In this document: positions 36,239 through 52,200 of the stretch, one piece after another
Position numbering within the stretch: the stretch's first letter is position 1
Layout of the letters: each line of letters begins with the position of its first letter
NCBI GenBank assembly: GCA_030390025.1
Contig: CM059431.1
Location: forward strand, 136,712,001-136,776,000
From: Squalus acanthias
Lineage: Eukaryota
Reading direction: 5' to 3'
Length of the DNA: 64,000 nucleotides
Program-made: the position numbers and the translations under genes
Notes under the pieces: generated by a model
What the model was told of the DNA's origin: nothing
The model's database searches: none
Seen by the model: only the letters and a program-made list of their open reading frames with translations

Positions 36239-39170
36239 CAGCTATCCTCCAATCCATGGGAACTGTTCCAGTGTCTATAGAATTTTGGAAGATGACCAGC
36301 AATGCATCTACTATTTCTAGGGCCACTTCCTTAAGTATCCTAGGATGTAGATTATCAGGCCCTCGGGATTTATCGGCCTTCAATTCCATCAATTTCCCAA
36401 ACACCATTTCCCTACAAATACTGATTTCATTCAATTCCACCCTCTCATTATATCCTATGTTCCCCGACATCTCTGGCAGGTTGTTTGTGTCCTCCCTTGT
36501 GAAGACAGTACCAAAGTATGTAGTTAATTGGTCTGCCATTTCCTTGTTACCCATTATAAATTCCCCTGATTCTGACTGCAGGAGACCTACGCTTGACTTC
36601 ACCAATATTTTTTCTCTTCACATATCTATAGAAGCTTTTACAATCAGTTTTTATTTTCCCTGAAAGCTTAATCTCATGTTCTATTTCCCCCTCTTAATTA
36701 ATCCCTATGTCCTCCTTTGCTGAATCCTAAACTGCTCCCAATCCTCAGGTTTGTTGCTTTTTCTGGCCAAATTATTTGACCTCTCCTTGGATCTTATGCT
36801 ATCCATAATTTCCCTTGTTAGCCACGGTTGAGTCACCTTTTTCGTTTCATTTTTATGCCAAACAGGGATTAAGAAATTCTGCAGTGCATCCATGCGATCT
36901 TTAAATGTTTGCCATTGCCTATCCACCGTCAACCCTTTAAGTAACGTTCCACAATACATCCTAGCCAACTCGTGCCTCATACCATCGTAGTTTCCATTAT
37001 TTAAATTCAGGACACTAGTCTTTGAGTCAACTACTTCACTCTCCATTTTAATGACGAATTCTATCATATTATGATCGCTCCTCCCCAAGGGGCCTCGCAC
37101 AACAAGATTGCTAAGTAATCCTTTCTCATTACATAATACCCAGTCTAAGATGGCCTGATCTCCAGTTGTTTCCTCGACATATTGATCCAGGAAACCGTTC
37201 CGTATACAATCTAGGAATTCCTCCTCCACAGTATTGTTACTAATTTGGTTAGCCCAATCTATATGCAGATTAATGTCACCCATGATAACTGCTGTGCCCT
37301 TTTTGCACGCTTCTCTAACTTCCCGTTTAATGACATCCCCAACCTCAGCATTACTGTTTGTGGGTCTGTATACAACTCCCACTAACGTTTTCTGCCCCAT
37401 GGTATTTCTCAGCTCTGCCCATACAGATTCCACATCATCAGAGAAATATCCTTCCTTACAATTGTGTTAATCTCCACTTTAACCAGCAATGGTACCCCAT
37501 CTCCTTTTCCTTTTTTCCTGTCCTTCCTGAATATTGAATACCCCTGGATGTTGAATTCCCAGATTTGTTCATCCTGGAGCCATGTCTCAATAATCCCAGT
37601 TATATCATATCCGTTTACATCTATTTGCGCAGCTAATTCATCAACCTAATTACGAATGCTCCTTGCATTAAGACACAAAGCCTTCAGGCTTGATTTTTTA
37701 ACAGTCTTAGTCCTTTTAGAATTATTATTTACTGTGGCCCTGTTTGATTTACACCCTTGATTTCTCTGCCTTCCACTTTTGCTTTACTCTGCCTTCCACT
37801 TTTGCTTTTCTCCTTCCTGTCTCTTGTTTCTATCCTTGCTTCGCTTTACTCTGTCTCCCTGCACAGGTTCCCAACACCCTGCCATTTTAGTTTGAACCCT
37901 CCCCAACAGCACTAGCAAACACCCCCCCCCCCCCCCTCGGACATCGGTTCCGGTCCCGCTCAGGTGCAACTCGTCCAGTTTGTACTGGTCCCATCTACCC
38001 CAGAACCGGTTCCAATGTCCCAGGAATTTGAATTCCTCCCTCTTGCACCATTCCTCTAGCCACGTATTCATCTGAAATATCCTTCTATTTCTACTCTGTC
38101 TAGCACGTGCCACTGGTAGCAATCCTGAGATTACTACCTTTAAGGTCCTATTTTTTAATTTACCTCCTAACTCCCTATATTCAGCTTTTAGGACCTCATC
38201 CCGTGTTTTTCCTATATCGTTGGTACCTATATGCACCACGACAACTGGCTTTTCACCTCCCCCTCCAGAATGCCCTGCAACCGCTCCGAGACATCCTTGA
38301 CCGTTGCACCAGGGAGGCAACATACCATTCTGGAGTCTCGTTTGCAGCCGCAGAAACGGCTATCTATTCATCTTACAATAGAATCCCCTATCACTATAGC
38401 TCTCCCGCTTTTTTTCCTCCCGTCATGTGCAGCAGGATCACCCATGGTGCCAGGAATTTGGCTGCTGCTGCCTTCCCCCAATAAGCCATCCCCTTCAGCA
38501 ATGTCCAAAGTGGTATATCTGTTTGAGAGAGGGATGGCCACAGGGGACCCCTGCACTACCTGCCTGCGCCTACTACTCTGCCTGGTGGTCACCCATTCTC
38601 TTCCTACCTGTGCAGCCTTTACCTGCGTTGTGACCAACTCCCTAAACGTGTTAGCCACGATGTGTTCAGCATCGCGAATGCTCCAGTATGTATCCATTCG
38701 CAGCACCAGCACCGCAATGCGGTCTGTCAGTAGCAGCAGGTGGATACACTTCCCGCACACATGGTCGTTAGTGACACAGGAAGTGTCCTTGATTTCCCAC
38801 ATAGTGCAGGAGTAGCATGCCATGGAGCCGAGCTGTGCTGCCATTACTAACCCTTTAATTAATTCAAGTTAAATTAAATCAAATCAATACCAGAAATTAC
38901 ACAACAATTAAATGATATACTCAAGGGCCCTTGTTTACCAGCACTCCCCGCTACACAACAGAGACCCTAGAAACTATAAACCACAAAAATTAAGTTTGGA
39001 AAAAAGCGAGAAAGTGAAAAATACTCACCGACCAATCACTTAAATGCTTTCTGGTGACGTCACACTTCGATTACTTTTTACTTGTCTCTCTCCTCTCGCT
39101 GACTCAGTGCCTCTCGCAGATCCGCTGCTCAGCTCCAGTCCCAGGTCTCCTCTCCACGCTCTTTGTATCC
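36239..39170 (-). mobile_element. CR1 LINE copy 2: 5' UTR, frameshifted ORF1, ORF2 endonuclease and linker; truncated at the start of RT
   Basis: ORF1 has CxxC..CxxC, GDSIVR and HIGTND. ORF2 includes ORFs 36705..37433 and 36183..36605 (KSRGPDNLHPRILKE, VPMDWRIA). Highly similar to copy 1. Confidence 0.93.
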
Positions 39171-39174
39171 ACGG

Positions 39175-40290
39175 ATCCAACACTTCTCCGGCATCCCACT
39201 GACCCAGCCCTACACGGACACCCACTGACCCATCACTACTCCGGCATCCCACTGGCAGAGCCCTACAGGGATACCCACTGACCCAACACTACTCCGACAT
39301 CCCACTGACAGAGCCCTACACGGACACCCACTGCCCCAAAACTACACCGGCATCCAACTGACTCAGCCCTACACGGACACCCACTGACCCAGCCCTACAG
39401 GGACACCAACTGACACAACACTACTCTGGCCACCCACTGAAACAACACCACTCCGGCATCCCACTCACCTGACACTACTCCGGCATCCCACTCACCTAAC
39501 ACGACTCCGGCATCCCACTGACTGAGCACTAAACTGACAGCCACTGACACAACACTACTCCAGCATCCCACTGACCCAGCCCTACACGGACACCCACTGA
39601 CCCATCACTACTCCGGCATCCCACTGGCAGAGCCCGACAGGGACACCCACTGACCCAACACTACTCTGGCATTCCACTGACCCAGCCCTACACGGACACA
39701 AACTGACCCAACACTATTCCGGCATCCCACTGACCCAACACTACTCCGGCATCCCACTGACACAACACTACTCCGACATCCCACTGATCCAACACTACTC
39801 CGGCATCCCACTGACCGAGCCCTTCACTGACAGCCACTGACACAGCACTACTCCGACATCCCCCTGACCCAACACTACTCCGGCATCCCACTGACCTAAC
39901 ACTACTCCGGCATCCCACTGACTGAGCACTAAACTGACAGCCACTGACACAACACTACTACGGCATCCCACTGACCCAGCCCTACACGGACACCCACTGA
40001 CCCAACACTACTCCGGCATCCCACTGACCGAGCCCTTCACTGACAGCCACTGACACAACACTACTCCGACATCCCACTGACCCAACATTAATCCGTCATC
40101 CCACTGACCTAAAACTACTGCAGCATCCCAATGACATAGCACAACTCTGACATCCCAGTGAACTAGACCTACACGGACAGCCGCTCACACAACAGTACTC
40201 CGACATCACACTGACCCAGCACTACTCAGACACCCACTGACAGAGCACTACACCGACAACCCACTGACAAAGACCTACATCTAAAACCCA
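39175..40290 (-). repeat. 27-bp minisatellite type B, inverted (CCACTGACCCAACACTACTCCGGCATC)
   Basis: Reverse complement of the 3980..5002 units. Confidence 0.9.
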
Positions 40291-43200
40291 CTTACCCAGA
40301 CCAACAACGATATTCACTGAAACAAATCAACAACGATATCCCACTGACCGAAACCAAAAATGATATCGCAATGACACAAACCAAAATCGATATCCCACTG
40401 ACCCAAACCAACAACCATATCCCACTGACCAAGACCAACAACCATATCCCACTGAGCCACACCAACAACGATATCCCACTGACTCAGACCAACATCGATA
40501 TCCCACTGACCAAGACCAACAACGATATCCCACTGAGCCAAACCAACAACGATATCCCACTGACCCAAACCAAAAACGATATCCCACTGACACAGACCAA
40601 CATCGATATCCCACTGACGCAAACCAACAATGATATCGCACTGACCCAAACCAACAACGATATCACACTGACCCAGACCAACAACTATATCCCATTGACC
40701 CTGACCAACAACGATATCCCACTGACCCAGACCAACAACTATATCCCACTGACCCAAAGCAACAACGATATCCCACAGAGCCAGAAAAACAATGATATCC
40801 CACTGACCCAGACCAACAATGATATCCCACTGACGCAAACCAACAACGATAACTCACTGACCCAGACCAACAATGATATCCCACTGACCCAAACCAACAA
40901 TGATTTTCCACTGACCCAAACCAACATATCGATATCCCACTGACTATCCCACTGACCCAAAGCAACAATGATATCCCACTGACCCAAGACAGACTGACCC
41001 AAAGCAACAACGATATCCCACTCACCCAAATCAACAACGATATCCCACTGATCCAAACCAACAACGATATCCCACTGACCCAAACTAAAATCGATATCCC
41101 ACTGACCCAATTCAACAACGATATCCCACTGACCCAAACCAACAACGATATCCCACAGACCCTGACCAACATCGATATCCCACTGACGCAAACCAAAAAT
41201 GATATTGCACTGACCCAAACCAACAACGATATCCCACTGGCCCAAACCAACAACGATATCCCACTGACCCAGACTAATAGCTATATCCCACAGACCCAGA
41301 TCCACAACGATATCCCACTGACCCAGATCAAGAATTATATCGCACTGACAAAGGCCAGCAACGAAATCACACTGACCCAGAAGACCAAAGCTATCGCACT
41401 GACAAAGACCAACAACGATGACCCCCTGACCCGGACCAACAACGATATCCCACTGACACAGACCAACATCGATATCCGACTGACCCAAACCAACAATGAT
41501 ATCCCACTGACCCAAACCAGCAACGATATCCCACTGACCCAGACCAACAACGATATCCCACTGAACAAGACCAACAACGATATCCCACTGACCGAAATCA
41601 ACAAGGATATCCCACTGACCCAAACCAACAACGATATCCCACTGACCCAAACCAACATCGATATCCCACTGACGCAAACCAACAATGATATCGCACTGAC
41701 CCAAACCAACAACGATATCCCACTGACCCAAACCAACAACGATATCCCACTGACACACACCAACAACTATATCCCACTGACCCTGACCAACAACGATATC
41801 CTACTGACCCAGACCAACAAATATATCCCACTGACCCAAACCCAAAACGATATCCCACTGAGCCAGACCAACAATGATATCCCACTGACGCAAACCAACA
41901 ACGATAACTCACTGACCCAGACCAACAAATATATCCCACTGACCCAAACCCAAAACGATATCCCACTGAGCCAGACCAACAATGATATCCCACTGACCAA
42001 GACCAACAATGATATCCCACTGACGCAAACCAACAACGATAACTCACTGACCCAGACCAACAATGATATCCCACTGACCCAAACCAAAAATGAAATCCCA
42101 CTGACCCAAACCGGCAACGATATCCCACTGACCCAAACCAGCAACGATATCCCACTGACCCAGACCAACAACGATATCCCACTGACCCAAACCAACAGCG
42201 ATATGCGACTGACCCAAATCAACAATGATATCCCACTGACCCAAACCAACAACGATATCACACTGACCCAGACCAACAATGATATCCCACTGACCAAGGC
42301 CAACAACGATATCCCACTCACCCAAATCAACAACGATATCCCACTCACCCAAACCAACAACGATATCCCACTGACCCAAACTAACATCGATATCCCACTG
42401 ACCCAAATCAACAACGATATCCCACTGACCCAAACCAACAACGATATCCCACTGACACAAAACCAACAACGATATCCCACTGACCCAGACCAACATCGAT
42501 ATCCCACTGACGCAAACCAACAATGATATCGCACTGACCCAAACCAACAACGATATCCCACTGACCCAGAATAACAATGATATCCCACTGACCCAAACCA
42601 ACAACGAAATCACACTGACCCAAACCAACAACGATATTCATCTGACCCAAACCAACATCGATATCCCACTGACCCAAACCAACAACGATATCCCACTGAC
42701 CCAAACCAACAACGATATCCCACTGACCCAAACCAACAACGATATCCCACTGACCCAAACCAACATCGATATCCCACTGACACAAACAACATCGATATCC
42801 CACTGACCCAAACCAACATCGATATCCCACTCACCCAGACCAACAATGATATCCCACTGAACCAAACCAACAATGATATGCCACTGAAACCAAACCAACA
42901 ACGATATCACACTGACCCAAACCAACAACGATATCCCACTGACCCAGACCAACAACGATATCCCACTGACACAAACCAGCAACGATATCCCACTGACCCA
43001 AACTAACAACGATATCACACAGACCCAAACAAACAACGATATCCCACTGACCCAAACCAACATCGATATCACACTGACCCAAACAAACAACGATATCCCA
43101 CTGACCCAAACCAGCAACGATGTCCAACTGACTCAAACCAGCAACGATATCCCACTGACCCAGAGCAACAATGATATCCCACTGACACAAACCAACAACG

Positions 43201-46200
43201 ATATCCCAATGACCCAGACCATCAGTGATATCCCACTGACCCAAGCCAACAATGATATCCCAATGACCCAAACCAACAACGATATCCCACTGACCCAGAC
43301 CAACACCGATATCCCACTGACCGAAACCAACAACGATATCCCACTGACCCAGAGCAACAATGATATCACACTGACCCAGACCAACAACGATATCCCACTG
43401 ACTCAGACCAACAACGATATCACACTGACCCAAACCAACAACGATATACCACTGACACAGACCATCAAGGATATCCCACTGACCCAAACTAAAATCGATA
43501 TCCCACTGACCCAATTCAACAACGATATCCCACTGACCCAAACCAACAATGATATCCCACTGACCCAGACAAACAATTATATCCCACTGACCCAGACCAA
43601 CAAGGATATCCATCTGACCCAAACCAACATCGATATCCCACTGACCCAAACCAACAACGATATCCCACTGACCCAAACCAACAACGATATCCCACTGACC
43701 CAAACCAACAACGATATCCCACTGACCCAAACCAACATCGATATCCCACTGACCCAAACAACATCGATATCCCACTGACCCAAACCAACATCGATATCCC
43801 ACTCACCCAGTCCAACAATGATATCCCACTGAACCAAACCAACAATGATATGCCACTGACCCAAACCAACAACGATATCACACTGACCCAAACCAACAAC
43901 GATATACCACTGACCCAGACCAACAACGATATCCCACTGACACAAACCAGCAACGATATCCCACTGACCCAAACCAACAACGATATCACACTTACCCAAA
44001 CAAACAACGATATCCCACTGACCCAAACCAACATCGATATCACACTGACCCAAACAAACAACGATATCCCACTGACCCAAACCAGCAACGATATCCAACT
44101 GACACAAACCAACAACGATATCCCACTGACCCAGACCAACAATGATATCCCACTGACACAAACCAACAACGATATCACAATGACCCAGACCATCAGTGAT
44201 ATCCCACTGACCCAAGCCAACAATGATATCCCTCTGACCCAAACCAACAACGATATCCCACTGACCCAAACCAACAACGATATCCCACTGACCCAGACCA
44301 ACACCGATATCCCACTGACCGAAACCAACAACGATATCGCACTGACCCAGAGCAACAATGATATCACACTGACCCAGACCAACAACGACAGCCCACTGAC
44401 TCAGACCAACAACGATATCACACTGACCCAAACCAACAACGATATACCACTGACACAGACCATCAAGGATATCCCACTGACCCAAACCAACAATGATATC
44501 CCACTGACGCAAACCAACAACGATATCCCACTGAACCAAACCAACAATGATATCCCACTGACCCAGACAAACAACTATATCCCACTGACCCAGACCAACA
44601 AGGATATCCCACTGACCCAGAGCAACAACGATATCCCACTCACCCAGACCAACAAGGATATCCCACTGACCCAAACCAACATCGATATCCCACTGACACA
44701 AATCAACAACGATATCCCACTTACCCAAACCAACAACGATATCCCACTGACCCAGACCAACAACGATATCCCACTGACACAAACCAGCAACGATATCCCA
44801 CTGACCCAAACCAACAAAGATATCACACAGACCCAAACAAACAACGATATCCCACTGACCCAAACCAACATCGATATCACACTGACCCAAACAAACAACG
44901 ATATCCCACTGACCCAAACCAGCAACGATATCCAACTGACACAAACCAACAACGATATCCCACTGACACAGACCAACAATGATATCCCACTGACACAAAC
45001 CAACAACGATATCCCAATGACCCAGACCATTAGTTATATCCCACTGACCCAAGCCAACAATGATATCCCACTGACCCAAACCAACAACGATATCCCACTG
45101 ACCCAAACCAGCAACGATATCCCACTGACCCAGACCAACACCGATATCCCACTGACCGAAACCAACAACGGTATCCCACTGACCCAGAGCAACAATGATA
45201 TCACACTGACCCAGACCAACAACGATATCCCACTGACTCAGACCAACAACGATATCACACTGACCCAAACCAACAACGATATACCACTGACACAGACCAT
45301 CAAGGATATCCCACTGACCCAAACCAACAATGATATCCCACTGACGCAAACCAACAACGATATCCCACTGAACAAAACCAACAATGATATCCCACTGACC
45401 CAGAAAAACAACTATATCCCACTGACCCAGACCAACAAGGATATCCCACTGACCCAGAGCAACAACGATATCCCACTCACCCAGACCAACAAGGATATCC
45501 CACTGACCCAAACCAACATCGATATCCCACTGACACAAATCAACAACGATATCCCACTGACCCAAACCAACAACGATATCCCACTGACCCAGACCAACAA
45601 TGATATCCCACTGACCCAAACCAACAACGATATCCCACTGAGCCAGACCAACAATGATATCCCACTGACCCAAACCAACAATGATATCCCACTGACCCAG
45701 ACCAACAACGATATCCCACTGACCCAGACCAACAACGATATCCCACTGACCCAAACCAACAACGATATCCCACTGACCCAAACCAACAACGATATCCCAC
45801 TGACCCAAACCAACAACGATATCCCACTGACCCAAACCAACAACGATATCCCACTGACCCAAACCAACAATGATATCCCACTGACCCAAACCAACAACGA
45901 TATCCCACTGACCCAAACCAACAACGATATCCCACTGACCCAAACCAACAATGATATCCCACTGACCCAAACCAACAACGATATCCCACTGACCCAAACC
46001 AACAACGATATCACACTGACCCAAACGATATGACCCAAACCAACAACGATATCCCACTGACCCAAACCAACAACGATATCCCACTGACCCAGACCAACAT
46101 CGATATCCCACTGACCCAAACCAACAACGATATCCCACTGACCCAGACCAACAACGATATCCCACTGACCCAGACCAACAACGATATCCACTGACCAAAC

Positions 46201-49200
46201 CAACAACGATATCCACTGACCCAAACCAACAACGATATCCACTGACCCAAACCAACAACGATATCCCACTGACCCAAACCAACAACGATATCCCACTGAC
46301 CCAGACCAACAACGATATCCCACTGACCCAAACCAACAACGATATCCCACTGACCCAGACCAACAACGATATCCCACTGACCCAAACCAACAACGATATC
46401 CCACTGACCAAACCAACAACGATATCCCACTGACCCAAACCAACAATGATATCCCACTGACCCAACCAACAACGATATCCCACTGACCCAGACCAACAAT
46501 GATATCCCACTGACCCAAACCAACAATGATATCCCACTGACCCAAACCAACAACGATATCCCACTGACCCAAACCAACAACGATATCCCACTGACCAAGA
46601 CCAACAACGATATCCCACTGACCCAAACCAACAAGGATATCCCACTGACCCAAACCAACAACGATATCCCACTGACCCAAACCAACAACGATATCCCACT
46701 GACCCAAACCAACAATGATATCCACTGACCCAAACCAACAACGATATCCCACTGACCCAAACCAACAACGATATCCCACTGACCCAAACCAACAACGATA
46801 TCCCACTGACCCAGACCAACAACGATATCCCACTGACCCAGACCAACAAAGATATCCCACTGACCCAAACCAACAACGATATCCCACTGACCCAAACCAA
46901 CAACGATATCCCACTGACCAAGACCAACAACGATATCCCACTGACCCAAACCAACAACGATATCCCACTGACCCAGACCAACAATGATATCCCACTGACC
47001 CAAACCAACAACGATATCCCACTGACCCAAACCAACAACGATATCCCACTGACCCAAACCAACAACGATATCCCACTGACCCAGACCAACAACGATATCC
47101 CACTGACCCAAACCAACAACGATATCCCACTGACCCAAACCAACAATGATATCCCACTGACCCAAACCAACAACGATATCCCACTGACCCAGACCAACAA
47201 TGATATCCCACTGACCCAAGCCAACAACGATATCCCACTGACCCAAACCAACAACGATATCCCACTGACCCAAACCAACAACGATATCCCACTGACCCAA
47301 ACCAACATCGATATCCCACTGACCCAAACCAACAACGATATCCCACTGACCCAAACCAACAACGATATCCCACTGACCCAAACCAACAACGATATCCCAC
47401 TGACCCAGACCAACAACGATATCCCACTGACCCAAACCAACAACGATATCCACTGACCCAAACCAACAACGATATCCCACTGACCCAGACCAACAATGAT
47501 ATCCCACTGACCCAAACCAACAACGATATCCCACTGACCCAAACCAACAACGATATCCCACTGACCCAAACCAACAACGATATCCCACTGACCCAAACCA
47601 ACAACGATATCCCACTGACCCAAACCAACAACGATATCCCACTGACCCAAACCAACAACGATATCCCACTGACCCAAACCAACATCGATATCCCACTGAC
47701 CCAAACAACATCGATATCCCACTGACCCAAACCAACAACGATATCCCACTGACCCAGACCAACAACGATATCCCACTGACCCAAACCAACAACGATATCC
47801 CACTGACCCAAACCAACAACGATATCACACTGACCCAAACCAACAACGATATCCCACTGACCCAGACCAACAACGATATCCCACTGACCCAAACCAACAA
47901 CGATATCCCACTGACCCAAACCAACAACGATATCCGACTGACCCAAACCAACAACGATATCCCACTGACCCAAACCAACAACGAAATCCCACTGACCCAA
48001 AACAACAACGATATCCCACTGACCCAGACCACAACGATATCCACTGACCCAAACCAACAACGATATCCCACTGACCCAAACCAACAACGATATCCCACTG
48101 ACCCAAACCAACAACGATATCCCACTGACCCAGACCAACAACGATATCCCACTGACCCAAACCAACAACGATATCCCACTGACCCAAACCAACAACGATA
48201 TCCCACTGACCCAGACCAACAACGATATCCCACTGACCAAACCAACAACGATATCCCACTGACCCAAACCAACAACGATAATCCACTGACCCAGACCAAC
48301 AACGATATCCCACTGACCCAAACCAACAACGATATCCCACTGACCCAAACCAACAACGATATCCCACTGACCCAAACCAACAATGATATCCCACTGACCC
48401 AAACCAACAACGATATCCCACTGACCCAAACCAACAACGATATCCCACTGACCCAAACCAACAACGATATCCCACTGACCCAGACCAACAATGATATCCC
48501 ACTGACCCAAACCAACAACGATATCCCACTGACCCAAATCTACAACGATATCCCACTGACCCAAACCAACAACGATATCCCACTGACACAGACCAAAAAT
48601 GATATCACACTGATCCAAACCAACAACGATATCCCACAGAGCCAGACCAACAATGATATCACACTGACCCAAACCAACAATGATATCCCACTGACCCAGA
48701 CCAACAACGATAACTCACTGACCCAGACCAACAATGATATCCCACTGACCCAAACCAACAATGATTTTCCACTGACCCAAACCAGCAACGATATCCCACT
48801 GACCCAAACCAGCAACGATATCCCACTGACACAGACCAACAACGATATCCCACTGACCCAAACCAACAGCGATATCCGACTGACCCAAACCAACAGTGAT
48901 ATCCCACTGACCCAAACCAACAACGATATCAGACTGACCCAAAGCAACAATGATATCCCACTGACCAAGACGAACAACGATATCCCACTCACCCAAATCA
49001 ACAACGATATCCCACTGATCCAAACCAACAACGATATCCCACTGACCCAGACCAACATCGATATCCCACTGACCCAAACCAACAACGATATCCCACTGAC
49101 CCAAACCAACAACGATATCCCACTGACCCAAACCAACAACGATATCCCACTGACCCAGACCAACAACGATATCCCACTGACCCAAACCAACAACGATATC

Positions 49201-52200
49201 CCACTGACCCAGACCAACAACGATATCCCACTGACCCAGACCAACAACGATATCCCACTGACCCAGACCAACAACGATATCCCACTGACCCAAACCAACA
49301 ACGATATCCACTGACACAGACCATCAACGATATCCCACTGACCCAGACCAACAAAGATATCCCACTGACGCAAACCAACAACGATATCCCACTGAACCAA
49401 ACCAACAACGATATCCCACTGACACAGACCAACATCGATATCCGACTGACCCAAACCAACAATGATATCCCACTGACCCAAACCAGCAACGATATCCCAC
49501 TGACCCAGACCAACAATGATATCCCACTGACCCAGACCAACAACGATATCCCACTGACCCAAATCAACAAGGATATCCCACTGACCCAAACCAACAACGA
49601 TATCCCACTGACCCAAACCAACATCGATATCCCACTGACGCAAACCAACAATGATATCGCACTGACCCAAACCAACAACGATATCCCACTGACCCAAACC
49701 AACAACGATATCCCACTGACCCAGACCAACAACTATATCCCACTGACCCTGACCAACAACGATATCCTACTGACCCAGACCAACAAATATATCCCACTGA
49801 CCCAAACCCAAAACGATATCCCACTGAGCCAGACCAACAATGATATCCCACTGACCAAGACCAACAATGATATCCCACTGACGCAAACCAACAACGATAA
49901 CTCACTGACCCAGACCAACAATGATATCCCACTGACCCAAACCAAAAATGAAATCCCACTGACCCAAACCGGCAACGATATCCCACTGACCCAAACCAGC
50001 AACGATATCCCACTGACCCAGACCAACAACGATATCCCACTGACCCAAACCAACAGCGATATGCGACTGACCCAAATCAACAATGATATCCCACTGACCC
50101 AAACCAACAACGATATCACACTGACCCAGACCAACAATGATATCCCACTGACCAAGGCCAACAACGATATCCCACTCACCCAAATCAACAACGATATCCC
50201 ACTCACCCAAACCAACAACGATATCCCACTGACCCAAACTAACATCGATATCCCACTGACCCAAACCAACAACGATATCCCACTGACCCAAACCAACAAC
50301 GATATCCCACTGACACAAAACCAACAACGATATCCCACTGACCCAGACCAACATCGATATCCCACTGACGCAAACCAACAATGATATCGCACTGACCCAA
50401 ACCAACAACGATATCCCACTGACCCAGAATAACAATGATATCCCACTGACCCAAACCAACAACGAAATCACACTGACCCAAACCAACAACGATATTCATC
50501 TGACCCAAACCAACATCGATATCCCACTGACCCAAACCAACAACGATATCCCACTGACCCAAACCAACAACGATATCCCACTGACCCAAACCAACAACGA
50601 TATCCCACTGACCCAAACCAACATCGATATCCCACTGACCCAAACAACATCGATATCCCACTGACCCAAACCAACATCGATATCCCACTCACCCAGACCA
50701 ACAATGATATCCCACTGAACCAAACCAACAATGATATGCACTGAAACCAAACCAACAACGATATCACACTGACCCAAACCAACAACGATATCCCACTGAC
50801 CCAGACCAACAACGATATCCCACTGACACAAACCAGCAACGATATCCCACTGACCCAAACTAACAACGATATCACACAGACCCAAACAAACAACGATATC
50901 CCACTGACCCAAACCAACATCGATATCACACTGACCCAAACAAACAACGATATCCCACTGACCCAAACCAGCAACGATGTCCAACTGACTCAAACCAACA
51001 ACGATATCCCACTGACCCAGAGCAACAATGATATCCCACTGACACAAACCAACAACGATATCCCAATGACCCAGACCATCAGTGATATCCCACTGACCCA
51101 AGCCAACAATGATATCCCAATGACCCAAACCAACAACGATATCCCACTGACCCAGACCAACACCGATATCCCACTGACCGAAACCAACAACGATATCCCA
51201 CTGACCCAGAGCAACAATGATATCACACTGACCCAGACCAACAACGATATCCCACTGACTCAGACCAACAACGATATCACACTGACCCAAACCAACAACG
51301 ATATACCACTGACACAGACCATCAAGGATCTCCCACTGACCCAAACCAACAATGATATCCCACTGACGCAAACCAACAACGATATCCCACTGAACCAAAC
51401 CAACAATGATATCCCACTGACCCAGACAAACAATTATATCCCACTGACCCAGACCAACAAGGATATCCATCTGACCCAAACCAACATCGATATCCCACTG
51501 ACCCAAACCAACAACGATATCCCACTGACCCAAACCAACAACGATATCCCACTGACCCAAACCAACAACGATATCCCACTGACCCAAACCAACATCGATA
51601 TCCCACTGACCCAAACAACATCGATATCCCACTGACCCAAACCAACATCGATATCCCACTCACCCAGACCAACAATGATATCCCACTGAACCAAACCAAC
51701 AATGATATGCCACTGACCCAAACCAACAACGATATCACACTGACCCAAACCAACAACGATATACCACTGACCCAGACCAACAACGATATCCCACTGACAC
51801 AAACCAGCAACGATATCCCACTGACCCAAAACCAACAACGATATCACACAGACCCAAACAAACAACGATATCCCACTGACCCAAACCAACATCGATATCA
51901 CACTGACCCAAACAAACAACGATATCCCACTGACCCAAACCAGCAACGATATCCAACTGACACAAACCAACAACGATATCCCACTGACCCAGACCAACAA
52001 TGATATCCCACTGACACAAACCAACAACGATATCCCAATGACCCAGACCATCAGTGATATCCCACTGACCCAAGCCAACAATGATATCCCTCTGACCCAA
52101 ACCAACAACGATATCCCACTGACCCAAACCAACAACGATATCCCACTGACCCAGACCAACACCGATATCCCACTGACCGAAACCAACAACGATATCGCAC

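Noticed and set aside
43577..48672. Very long ORFs (1408 aa, 1086 aa, and 727 aa of TQTNNDIPL repeats) resembling a repeat, mucin or ice-binding protein
   Set aside because: The 27-bp unit is a multiple of 3 and stop-free in five of six frames. ORFs overlap on both strands, switch frame at indels and have no unique domain, signal peptide or splice context.
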